DNA from: Monocercomonoides exilis PA203
Lineage: Eukaryota; Protista; Preaxostyla
Length of the DNA stretch: 64,000 nucleotides
Direction: 5' to 3'
Assembly (NCBI GenBank): GCA_001643675.2
Contig: LSRY02000011.1
Span: 992,001-1,056,000 of the forward strand
Positions within the stretch are counted from its first letter, which is position 1. Each line of letters starts with the position of its first letter. The notes beneath the pieces are model-generated. The model was not told the DNA's origin. It did no database searches and worked only from the letters and a program-made list of their open reading frames with translations. The translations under genes and the position numbers were made by a program. Positions 1-11,523 of this stretch are shown piece after piece.

Positions 1-884
1 GATCGAGACGGTGCCTGGGAAGGAGGAGTATCTGCTGAAGGGGTACTCTGCGTGGTGTGTCTTATTTTTTTGGCTGTTCAATGAAAATTATATTTTTTTT
101 TTTATTTGAAATGGAATGAGCAGTGCTGTGACAGAAAGGCTGTTTGGGAACTGGATGAAGACGGAGGAGGCGGCAGGGATCCTGAAGAAGTACGAGGAGG
201 CGCGGGCAGAGGCGAAGGCGCGGTACGGGGTAGAGATCGACTTTGCGACGGTGGAGGATGTGGTGGATGCGATGAATGTGGAGGTGGAGCACAAGTGTGA
301 AAAGCAGAATTCATTCATTTTTTCTTTATTTTTTTTTCCATTGAAAAATGGGGTGGTGCTGGGTGTGCAGCACGGAGAAGGCGACGGAGGAGCTGAAGGT
401 GCTGCTGGGGAAGCTGGAGGGGCTGCAGCACGAGGGGCGGAAGTTCTATTTTGCAGTGAACAACACGCTGTGGAAGCAGGCGACGCTGGGGAAGCTGTTT
501 GAAGAGGTAATTTTGGAATTCGCTTTTTTCTTTTTTGATATTTTGAAAAGATGAAAAGAGAGGAGAAGGGTTGTCATTTGCAATTACAAAAAAGAAAATG
601 TTATTTTCGAAGTTGTTATTTTTTGGTGGTGGAAATGATGAAAAACATTTTTGAATTCTGATTATTTGTCTGTCTTTGTCTTTTGTGAAGATCTTTTCAG
701 TGAATCCTGCACGGACAGCAGAGGCGCTGGAGGCCGAGCCGGCGCGGCCGCACATCAAGCTGCACCACTACTCGGCACACGACACGACGCTGGACATGGT
801 GCTGCGGGGCCTGGGGCATGTGGCGTCGAAGATCCCGTATTATGGGAGTGTGGTGATTGTGGAGCTGCACCGGCGGAGTGGAGG

Positions 885-923
<39 letters not shown>

Positions 924-1477
924 CAATGGAGTTGGGAAAGGCAGCAAAGGAATAAAAGGGGGAGAGTACTTCTTCAAGTTCTTCTTCCAGGAAGACCAGA
1001 AGAAGGCAGGGACAGAAGAGCTGTGGGCAGCGTTCCAGCCGGTGCAGTGCAAGAGCATGGAGTGTCCGGTGGAGGTGTGCATCCATCATCATCATCAACA
1101 ACACAACAATTTGTTTTTTAATTTATTTTTTTCTTTTTTGGTGATTGGGGATTGTGTGTGAATGGGGTGAGCAGGAGCTGGTGAAGGCGGTGGAAGGGGT
1201 GTTTCCGTCGCAGTTCAAGGAGGAGGAGTGGCACAAGTCGATCTGCGAGTCGCAGGTGCCGTTCTATGTGGCAGGGTCGGAGGTGGAGACGCAGCGGGCG
1301 AAGGAGGAGGAGGACAAGAAGCGGGAGAAGACGTATATTGGGCTGTCGGTGGCATTTGGGGTGCTGTTTGGGGTGGCGTGTGTGGTGCTGGTGGTGGTGA
1401 TTGTGCTGCCGTGGGCGAGGCGGCGGGGAGGGAGAGGGGGAGGAGGAGGGCAGGCATACAAGAGGGTGGACGGGTGA
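1..1477 (+). CDS. Histidine (lysosomal-type) acid phosphatase, 5'-truncated by the window, multi-exon
   Basis: GC-rich exons (~124-295, 371-506, 691-1073, 1174-1477) separated by AT-rich GT..AG introns. YSAHDTTL is the HD motif of histidine acid phosphatases. C-terminal TM helix (YIGLSVAFGVLFGVACVVLVVVIVLPW) and a YKRV YxxPhi sorting motif precede TGA. The RHG motif would lie upstream of the window. Confidence 0.85.
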
Positions 1478-2282
1478 GGGCTGGCTCTGAAACGCGCTGA
1501 ATGTTTAATTGGCTGATTGGCTGATTGGGTGTGAGATGCGTGGGTGTTGCGATGAGTGTTGCGATGGGTGTGCCGTTGGCATTCATGGCATTTGAGATTA
1601 TTGTTGGCTGTTGGCTGTTGGCTTTGTAATTTGTGATTTGTTAGAGTTTCTGTATGTTTGCTTGCTTGCTTGCTTGCTTGCTTTGCTGAGAATTGTTGAG
1701 ACCAGATATATTTTCTTTTTTCATTTTTCTTTTTTATTCATTTATTTTTTTGGAGGCTTGTGAGCACGAGTGTTTTGAACATTTAAGATTGATATTTATT
1801 CAGAAAACGGAGTGGTTGCTCCTTCTCTCTTTCTCACACGCAATGAAACATTGTTGTCTTTTGTGCTGTCTCTGGTGCTTTCGGGCAAGTGAAAAGGCTG
1901 TGCATTAAAGGCGAAATACAATGAAGTTGAAAAATTAAAAAGAAACTTTAAAATGAAAATGAATGAATATGAAAAATTGGTTGAAGTATTTTTTAATGAT
2001 GATGTATTTCCCGTTTTTTTGAAAAGCAAAAACAAGAATTAACTTTAAAAATCATCATTTTCCTATTACATCAATAATGAAACAATATTTAATAGGTTTT
2101 TACTTTATATTCTTTAAAATGCTAAATTGGATTTAAAATTCTTGATGTTTTGATGGATTTTGTTCATTTTTTATAGTTAACCCAATTTCAGAAAATATAG
2201 CAATTGAGAAAAATCGCCTTTTCACGGAGTTTCAAATGAATTTTTGACTCGTTGGTATTAATCTTCGCTTCATCTTTTCTTT

Positions 2283-2341
2283 ATGATGAGATAAGTGAAA
2301 TGGACGTTTGAATGGATTTCGTGATGGTTAGACAATACTGA
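2283..2341 (+). ncRNA. Possible box C/D snoRNA
   Basis: ATGATGA (box C, 2283-2289) to CTGA (box D, 2338-2341). Internal GGACGTTTGAATGGA is antisense to a CCAUUC(A/G)AACGUC-like stretch in the 5' domain of SSU rRNA. Short, internal boxes ambiguous, no terminal stem. Confidence 0.35.
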
Positions 2342-2453
2342 TTCAATTAAAACTTTAATTTCAAATTCTGATAAAAAATTTAGAGCTTCCAGGCAATTAT
2401 CTTGAACAAATATTATGAACTGATAAATTTGAGATGAAAATAATCAATGATAA

Positions 2454-3081
2454 TTAGAATCTAAGTTTCTCAAAGAACCATTTAGATTCACCAGCGCGAT
2501 ATCTGTTTAACGGTGAAAGAGCGTTAAAAAAGCAAAGATTCAAAGCTAAATAATATTTTATAATAACAAACTGTTTCTGGAAGATTTTCTTGACAATTTT
2601 TCTGACGTGGCGACGTTTAACTGGATCGTCAACCTTATCAAATGTAACAACATTTTTTAAGGGGAAGTTTGCAGTGTATCTTTTGAAATAAAAATGTGAA
2701 TTTTATTTTTGTAAATGAATGATAAATCAAATCAACAAATTCTTCAAAAAATACCTTGTTGGGAGAACGTGAGAGAAGTTAACAACTTTCACGAATGGGC
2801 GCATTCCAGATTTTTGAACAGTTCTTCTTGCTGACATGTTTCTTGTAATTTTTCTTGGGCTTTTTCTTAATCCAGCAACAAGAAGACGGCTGAAGCTGTG
2901 TTGCTTTGACTTGTGGACGACGGATTTAACGATGACAGCCTTCTTTCCGGCATATCTTCCGTTAAGCATAAGAACAACTTTGCCTGGTTTGAAGCTAAAT
3001 GCACAATTTCAAAGCGAGAGCGAAGAAAAACATATTTTTATGATGGCAATAATGAAAAATTGATATCCACATAATCACCAT
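2454..3081 (-). CDS. RPL27: 60S ribosomal protein L27 (eL27), 4 exons
   Basis: Spliced translation MVIIFKPGKVVLMLNGRYAGKKAVIVK...PTRY...YRAGESKWFFEKLRF*. Exons 3081-3071, 2994-2755, 2679-2572, 2502-2454 with GT..AG introns. Confidence 0.96.
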
Positions 3082-3238
3082 AAAAAAATTTAAAAAGACG
3101 ATTGATTAATAATAATCATGAAATAAATTTGCATTGACGGATAAAGGATCGCACACAATTTCATTATTTTTCCTTATTCTGAAGGTTTCGGTCCAATTTC
3201 GGAATAAAAAGATTAATTTTCCCATAAGTCAAAACTCA

Positions 3239-6200
3239 ATGATTTTGATTTTATTTTTTTATTTTTTCAATGATGCATTAAGCAAGGCTGTTACGATACA
3301 GTTGAGCGATGGATATGGAGTGCGAGGTAATGTGGAAGGAATCTCAACGACTTTTTATGGAATTCCCTATGCAGAGCCTCCTGTCGGATTACTTAGATGG
3401 AAAACTCCAAGGAAATTTGTTCCCAAAACGAAAAACCTTGTCGTTCAAAGTCATGAACGTTTGATACTAATTTTTTATTTAACTTTTATTATTTTCTCAT
3501 TTTGCAATATTTTGTTTTCAAACTATTCTTTGAAATTTTGCTCCATTTTTCATCAGCGCCTGCTTGCATGCAAGATAAGAAAATAAAACAATCTGAAGAT
3601 TGCTTATATTTGAATGTTTTTGCACCAACAGATAATCTTCCTCAAAATACACAGGGAGTTAAGCCTCTTTGTCCTGTTGTGATATATTTTCATTTTGGTA
3701 GTTTTTCAAGGGGTTCTTCTCTCGGAATTCCAGGGCAATCATTTGGCATCTACAATAAAAAAGGAATTATATATATTTCTGCAAACTTCAGACTTGGAAT
3801 TTTTGGTTACTTTTCTCATCCTGGACTGAGTAATGAAGATCCAAATCACAAAACTAACTTTGGTCTTTATGACCAACGAGAAGTCATGAAATGGGTAAAG
3901 AGAAACATAAAGAATTTTGGTGGAGACCCAGATAAAATTACAATTCTCGGCATAGTATGGCGTTTTGATTTCAAATTACAGCAAGTTTTTTATTATTTTC
4001 TTTAATATCTGTTTGCACTCTAATCAATTCTTAATAGTCTTCTGGTGCAAGTTCAGTTTTATGGCATTTAGTTTCGAACGACGAAGCAGACGATGCAAAT
4101 GATGCTTCTGGACCTCTTTTTCATCGAGCAGTTGCACACTCGCCTGCTTTAATCACCGCGCATGGCACAGAAAGCACATTTGCTGCAAAAGAGGCGATTG
4201 GCGTAGCATTTGCCTCTGTAGCAACAGCATTGAGCGACAAAAGAAGCAACTTCACTGAAACTGCAAAAGGAGAAGCCAAAAAAGAAAAGGCCAAAAATGT
4301 GAAAAATGGAGGAGCAACTCCAAAAGTCAATTCTCGTCACGAAATGGGCGAGGAGACGCCTGCCGAGTTCTACGCTGCTCAGCTGGCGCGTCTGCGCGAG
4401 CTGCCAGCGACTGAGATTTTGCATGTGCTGTCGCTGCTGTCACAGCAGAACTTCAACTATTCGAGCGGCACAGCTGGCGGAGGGAAAATGCACCGGTCGA
4501 TATTTGCAGAGCGGTTTATGGGCGATCCGGCAAATCGTGTGAGCGACCTGGTGCGGTGGGATTTGGAGGAAAGAGCGCGGAAAGAGAAGCAAGTGGAAAG
4601 CGAGATGAAGCAAAGAATTTCGGAGCAAGCGAAAGCAGAAGCAGAAGCAGCAGCCGCAGCAGCTCAGAAAGCAGCTGAAGAAAATGAAAAAGGGAAAGGC
4701 AAAAACAAAGGGAAAGGAAAAGGAAAGGGGAAAGACAAAGGAAATGACAAGAATGCACAACCAGCAGCCACCCAGCCAGCAAAAGTGAAGAAAATCGAAG
4801 AACCAGTCGAGGTCGAACCAACGCCAGTTCCATCGCTTCCTTCTCTTTCAGCGCCGAGTGTGTTGCAGCTGACGATCCCGTCGCCTGTGGCAGGAACTGT
4901 CTTCCACGTGTCTCCGATGACAGCAGCGATTGTCCACCCGCCGAAAAGCGAGGCTGCCACGTTCAACGAATACGACCTGGACAACACAGAAATGAATGGA
5001 TCAGAAGAGAAAGAGACAGAAGGAGAGAAAGCGCAGCGGAGGAAGAAGGCTTTTTACTCTGTTCTGCCGCGCAGCACGAAGCAAAAACTGCGTCGGGTGC
5101 CTCTTCTGATTGGCACAGTGAAGAATGAGATGTCGATGTTTCTGCACCCTTCTTTCCCTCTCCGCGCACCGCCTCTTTCACTGTGGAGGACATCGTTTGG
5201 GGAGCTGTGCAACGGAATGGCTGATGCGAATGCGTTGGAGAGAGAGAAGACGCTGGCGACGAAAGAGCTCGGCGGAAGAGAGCTGCTGATGGAAAGCGAA
5301 AGGGCAGACGAGGCAGCATCGAGTGCAGCAGAGGCTGCGTTGGAGGCAGAGAAGAAGAAGATAGCTGAAGAGATGAACGAGAAGGAAGGCAAAGGAAAGG
5401 GAAGAGGGAGAGGAAGAGGGAAAAAGGATAAATCAGCAGCGGGAGCAGACAACACAGCATCTTCTCAATTAACATCCTCATCATCAGCCACTTCTTCTGT
5501 GTTCAGTGCATCATTGTGCCCAACCATTGCTTCGTATTATTCTCCACAAGAATTCTTCCACTCGTCCACGTGGTGGGCGTGGGAGTCTGTTGCCACTGAT
5601 GTCTACATGGAGACAGCCATCCGCGAGTTCATCCAGGGTATCAGCATCGCTGCAGAAGACCCGTCTTTCAGCTCAAACACGGAAGAAGGAAGGATAAGCG
5701 AAGAAGACATCGACTCAGATGGACTGATCCGTTTGACACCGAACACGCTGCCTCCGCGGCCGAGGATATATCGCTTCCTGTTTGATCACTCGCCTTACAA
5801 TTCGATGTTCCGCAAGATACCCAATTTAGACACATTTGTTGGGTATGGCGCCTTCCACACAGGAGATGCACCGTATTTCATTGGTGGCGAGTCTAATCAT
5901 TGGATGAATCAGCAAGGGAAGCAGAGCAAACACGGATGGACAAGAAACAAAGTGCTGATGAAGGCGAAGCTGACTGACGAAGAGCAGAAGCTGCAGCAGA
6001 CGGCGACTGACATCTGGGCGCACTTCATTCAGACAGGAGGGATGAAAGGGAACCAGCACACGAACTGGCCGGTGTGGAAGGAGGAGAAAGAAGAGTTTGT
6101 GCGGTTCCATCTGCCAAGAAAGGAAGGGATCTCTGAAATGGGGCTGGAGAAAGGCGGGTGCGTGACGCTGTACCATCACTACAGGACAAAAGAGATGGAG

Positions 6201-7268
6201 ATGTGGGGGAGGATGCTGAAGGAGAGGACGCGCATTGGAAGAGTGTGGGATGTGCTGTATTCAGAATGGATGAACGAAAGATGGACTCTGCAAGGAAATG
6301 CACCGAATGATGTGACTAGCTCTGCTGAGTGGAGGCTGAAGAATTATTTGGATGCCTCGTCTTCTTCTCCTCTCCTTGCGCTTCCTTCGAACTCGCTTTC
6401 GTATCTTCTGAGTGTGTCTGTTGCCGATGCTCTTCTTCCAGTGCTTGAGCAGGGCGACCAAGACACCCTCGCTTTCTCCAACGCCGATGGGAAACTCACA
6501 AAGGAGCTTGTTCAGCTTCTGGAAACCAGCAGCGAGAAACTGAAGCAAATGGAAACAGCTCAAAAGAAGGAAAAAACAGTTTATGAATCGCCTTTTGTGC
6601 TCCACCCGACTGTCAGTGGGATGCCCTGTGAGTCTCTTTCTGGTCTGTCATCAACAGCTGTGGCATTGTTAAACTCTGTTTTGGAGAATTCTTCTGCTGC
6701 TATGCCTTCTTCTTCTTCTTCAATTGTATCGGTTTCTTCTCTTCCAGTAAACATCTCTGCTCCTGTTGCTTCCATAATGTTATCAAAGCCGCCAAACAAG
6801 TTTTCAATTTCTCCTCCATTTTTGAGCGGATCTCGCGTTTTGCAGCACAACGAGCCATTTTCCTCCTTTATCATCAACGCGTACTTCTCAAACCCTGTTC
6901 TCCCGCTTGTGTTTGTTCTCCCTGTGTTCTCGTTCCTTCTGTGGTGTGTGTTTGTGGTGTGTCTCATGTGCTGCTCGTCCAGCCACCGCAACAAGGAGAC
7001 CTGCCGCTGGTGCTGTTGCTGCTGCTGCCCTTGCTGCAGACTCCGTGTGCCGTTCTATGGAACTGTGAAGAGAGGAAAGATGCAGAGACCAAAGATTAAG
7101 CTTTCCAAACAACAAATGCTCAGCATTAACGGAGAACCTGGAAGAGCTCCAGGGAGAGGAAAGATGACCCCTGAAGAAATGAAAGCGAAAGAGGAGGAAC
7201 TCCTAAAAGCAAAAGCCAAAGCAGAGGAAGAAATGAAAGCAAGAATGGAAAAGGAGAAGAGTAATTAA
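3239..7268 (+). CDS. Type-B carboxylesterase / alpha-beta hydrolase with C-terminal TM helix
   Basis: Signal-like N-terminus, then FYGIPYAEPPVGLLRW, SEDCLYLNVF, NFRLGIFGYF, NFGLYDQ..WVKRNIKNFGGDPDKITILG. GI|SSG (GxSxG) spans an intron (~3955-4037). Candidate catalytic E (GTVKNE) and H (GAFHTGD). TM segment and Cys-rich tail near 6890-7040. Confidence 0.9.
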
Positions 7269-7694
7269 ACATTGTTTGATTTTTCCTTATCACCTGTTTA
7301 TCCATTTTTTTAGAAAGATATATAACTATTTGTATTTGATAATTCCTAATTATTATTTTCTAACTTCTTTACAAAATTATTATTTTGAAATAAGAATTAT
7401 TTCCACCATTTCAATTTTTTTAACCGGAATAATAAAACTGGTTTTGGGAAAAAATTTGAATCTGTTAATTTGAAAAAAAAAAAAAAAAGCTTTTTTGCAA
7501 TCGAATTTATTCTTTTTTTCAAAAATTTCAGAATTTTTTTTCTGAAGCGAAAAAAAAATAATTTCCGGTTTTTCTTTTCATCTTCCTTTCCTATTTGTCA
7601 TATAAAATAAACACTGAAACAAAAAGAATGAGAAATTTCTTATATAAAAATAACAAAAGAAACTCAAAAAAACTTTTAAATAAAAAAGATTGAA

Positions 7695-7770
7695 TCAGAA
7701 GTTTTGCAGAATTCAAATGTAAAGTCCTCCTCATGTTTATTCAGAAGACCGTCGTTACAGTTATCATCAC
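7695..7770 (-). ncRNA. Box C/D snoRNA, SNORD35/snR73-like (LSU Cm in AGACCGUCGU)
   Basis: Minus strand: GTGATGA (C) - taactgtaACGACGGTCTt - CTGA (D') - ATGAGGA (C') - ... - CTGA (D). The D' guide is complementary to conserved LSU AGACCGUCGU and the +5 rule lands on the first C. Confidence 0.8.
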
Positions 7771-8390
7771 CAAGAATTATTCACAGCTACACTCATCCAA
7801 CACCTTCATACCTTAAAAACATTAAAATTGTTTCTTAATCCTTTACAATCACAAGAAAAAGGCTCCCAGCCCAATCATATTTATGATAAAAATATTCTTA
7901 TTCAATAATATTATCCAAATATCAAATGATCATATTTCGAAAACGTTTATTTTCACTTTGATGAAAAAGTCAAATTTTTTGATGTCACTTTCGGAAATAA
8001 TTGCTGATCATGTTTGTTTCAGAAAATGGGTAGAAAAAATATCCGCGCATTTCAAAATGAAACATAATTCATTTTGTGATTGTTTCGTTTTTAATAAAAC
8101 ATTTTATTACATAATATTTGGTAATTCAAGAATTAAAAAAGAACAGCGAAATTGATTTTGATTGCTAAAAGTATTTAAGTTTAAAAAATAAAAATAAAAT
8201 AAACAAATCAAAAAAAATACTTCATAAAAATAAACTTTTTTGAGATAAAAATAAAACGTTATAACTTCCATAAAATAAGAGCACAAATGTGCTTTGAAGC
8301 AATAAATAATTTATAAAACATTTGCTTTGAAAATAAAATGTGTTAATTAATTAATTAATTAATTTGATCAACAACATCAAAAACTACTTT

Positions 8391-9692
8391 TCAAAAATAG
8401 CCTGTTTCTTTCTTTTTGTTTATTTGCTTCCATTTTGGAAGAGCATAAAACTCCTTCTTAGTCATTTTGATTGCATCGAAGAACTCTTCATCAGACAAAT
8501 CATCCAAGTTACGCTTTCCTCCATTAGAAGATGCATCAGATGAAGAAGAAGAAGAGGAAGAAGAAGAAGATGATGATGATGATGAAATGGAAGAAGCCGA
8601 AGAAGACGGAGAAATCGAAGAAGAAGAACCAACATGGCTCAGTGCTGGCGACGAAAGCGAAGGAGAATGTGTCTGAAACAAAGAAGCAGCTGACTTCGGC
8701 AGATGAGAAGGAGCTTTTGAGTGAGAAAGGGGGATTGCGTTGTTTGCTCTCCCGCTCTGCTCAAACCGCAGCCGCGCCAGCTGAACAGCTGACAGCCCTT
8801 TTTTCTCCGTCTCGGAGAAATTATGCTCGTCGGAGGGTTCGGAGAAATGTTTGGATTCTTTTTCTTTTTCTTCGATTTCTTTTTGTTTTTTCTCTTCTTC
8901 TTCCTTTTTCTTTCTCTCTTCTTCCAGTTTCTTTCTTTCTTCTTCTTCTTTCCTCTTCTTTTCCTCTTCTTCCTCTTTCTTCTTCCTCTCTTCCTCTTCC
9001 CTTTTTTTTCTTTCTTCTTCTTCTTCTTTCCTTTTTCTCTCTTCCTCCTCCTCCTCTCTTTTCTTCTTTTCTTCTTCTTCTTTCTTTATTCTTTCCTTTT
9101 CCTCTTCTTCTTCTTTTCTTCTTCTTTCCTCTTCTTCTTCTTTCTTCTTTCTCTCTTCCTCTTCTTCAATTTCTTTTCTTCGTCTCTCTTCTTCTTCTCT
9201 CTTCTTCTCATTCTCTTCTTCTTCTTCTTCTTTTCTCTTTCTTTCCTCTTCTTCTCGTTTAGCTCTTTCTCTTTCTCTTTCTCTTTCTCTTTCTCTTTCT
9301 CTTTCTTCTTCTTTTTCTCTTCTAAATTTTTCTTCCTCTTCCTTTTTCTTTCTCTCTTCTTCCCATTTCTTTTCCTCTTCCTTCCTTTTCGCTTCCTCTT
9401 CTTCCTCTTCTTCTCTTCTCTTCTTCTCTTCTTCTTCTTTCTTTTTCCTTTCTTCCTCTTCCTCTTCCTCTTCAATCCTCTTCCTTCTTCTTCTTTCTTC
9501 TTCTTCCTGTTCTTCTTCTTCTTCCTTTTGTTTCTTCACTTTTTCATCCAACTTTCTCTTCAGCTCATCATTCCATTGATTCTGTTTCCTCTCTTCTTTA
9601 GCAGCTTTCTTTTCTTCCTCCTCTTTTTCTTTCTCTTCTTCTTCCTTCTCCTCTTCTTCTTCCTTCCCCTCTTTCTCCTCTCCTCCTTTCCC

Positions 9693-9723
<31 letters not shown>

Positions 9724-11239
9724 CTTTCCATCTCCGTTTCAGCCATCTCCCTCACTGCTATCTTCACTGCCTCTGCCAGCCGAAGCACATCAGCAGGCGA
9801 AAGACGCAGAGAAACAAGGCATTCCCTCAAAACAGCTGGAAACTGAGACAAAATAGTGGGAAGGATCTTGTTGTCGGTAGAAGGAAGGAATGAGGAGGAG
9901 GAGGAAGAAGAAAAAAGAGGAGAGGAGGAAGAGGAGGAAGAAGGGGGTGATAGTGATGATGATGATGATGATGAATGAGAAGAAGAAGCAGCAGAAGCAG
10001 CCGGAAACGGAGGAACAGGAGGAGGCAGAGGCGGAGGAGAAGGCGGAGCCATTTTCGCAGTGGGAAATGAAGATGTTGGTGACATTGGATATATGGGGCT
10101 CATTGGACTCATTGGTGACATTGGAGGCAGTGGAGGCGGAGGTGGCAAAGAAGCAGCAGAAGGCGAAGGAGACAGATGAAGTGGAGAAAGATGAGGGTTG
10201 CTGAGGGTGTCGGGTAATTGAGGGGGGAAAGAGGGGGGAGTGAGAGGGGACATCGGAGAAAGGAGGGGAGGGACTGGTGGAGGAGAGAGTGGAGATATCG
10301 GAGAAACGGTTAATGATGTTCGCTTATTGTTTGTTTCTTCTTTGTCATTGTCTTCTTCTGCATTTAGATTATTCTCATTGTTATTTTGTTGAGGTATCGC
10401 TTCATTTTCTGTTTCAGATGCATTCGTGTTGTTTCCGTTAGAATTCGCTTCGCTCAGCTTGGTTTGTTCATCCACCACGCGAACAAGGCTCAATATGTGC
10501 TTTTCCTCTCTCTGAACAAATATACCCACGACTGTTATCACCTCATCTGTACCAGCAATTGCTTTCAATTTTTCTAAATACTGAGGATTAGATTCGTTTA
10601 AAGATTTTGTGATGAGAAGTTTCTTTCTTTCTTTATCTTGGTCATCCGATGCATTGGCCAAAAAAAAGTAACTTTCTGCTTCCAATGATGGATTTCCTTT
10701 TGCAGGTTTAACTTTCTTCACTTTAATTGTTAAACATATTTCTTTTCCTTGCCAGTTTTTTAAAAATAAATAGGAAGGAGATTGTGAACTTTCAGGTCCA
10801 AATTCTTTGTCAAATTCTTCAAAGCTGTAATCAGTGTCAAGTGACTTTGCATAATGAACTGAAGCTAACTCTGCTTCAATATATGTTCGAGCTTAATAAA
10901 AAATAAATGTCAAAAAATGATATAGTAGTTATAAGAGAATAGTAACAAACGACATCCAATTAACCGTGCACGAAATTTTAACGGTTTTCCAATTTGTATA
11001 AGATCACGATTTTTCCGAATTCTGCTCGCGTACATATGCAATTTAAGATCTGCTCTTCCATTCTCATTTTGCTTTTGATCCATAATGAGATGAAGAGATC
11101 TCTTTGTGATTCGCTTGACGATTCCTTCCCAATAAACGCATCGACTCATAAATTTTTCGTCAAAACGTGTTTGCCTCTCTGAATCGAGTGCAAAAGAGCA
11201 TTCACTAAGATAATCTTTCCAAAGCAAAGAATTATCCAT
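8391..11239 (-). CDS. Villin-headpiece protein with Pro-rich segment and long E/R/K single-alpha-helix region
   Basis: C-terminus LSDEEFFDAIKMTKKEFYALPKWKQINKKKETGYF* is a canonical villin headpiece. About 300 aa of EEEE(R/K)KK repeats and a PxxP-rich region precede it. The upstream exon (ATG 11239) joins through a ~60 nt GT..AG intron (~10892-10953). Confidence 0.85.
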
Positions 11240-11523
11240 TGAATTACTTTTTAATAAAGAAAAATATTTTTTTGTTTTGATCAAATGCCCATCAACTAAT
11301 AAATAACAACTTCAAAATCAAATTTGTTCTTCAAGAAAAATACACAATATGAGAGTGCGCTAATGCACCGAAGCATAAAATATTTGAAATATTTTCTTTT
11401 TTCAAAATCGTGAAATGTTTTGAAAAGAAATAAATTTTAAGCATTTTTTGACTTAAAAATGCTCAAGTAAACATCACGAAAGAAGTACAAAACAAGCGAG
11501 AATAGAAATTGTCTTGATTATGT

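Noticed and set aside
8467-10204. Long plus-strand Phe/Leu/Ser-rich ORFs
   Set aside because: Antisense shadows of the low-complexity E/K-rich coding strand.
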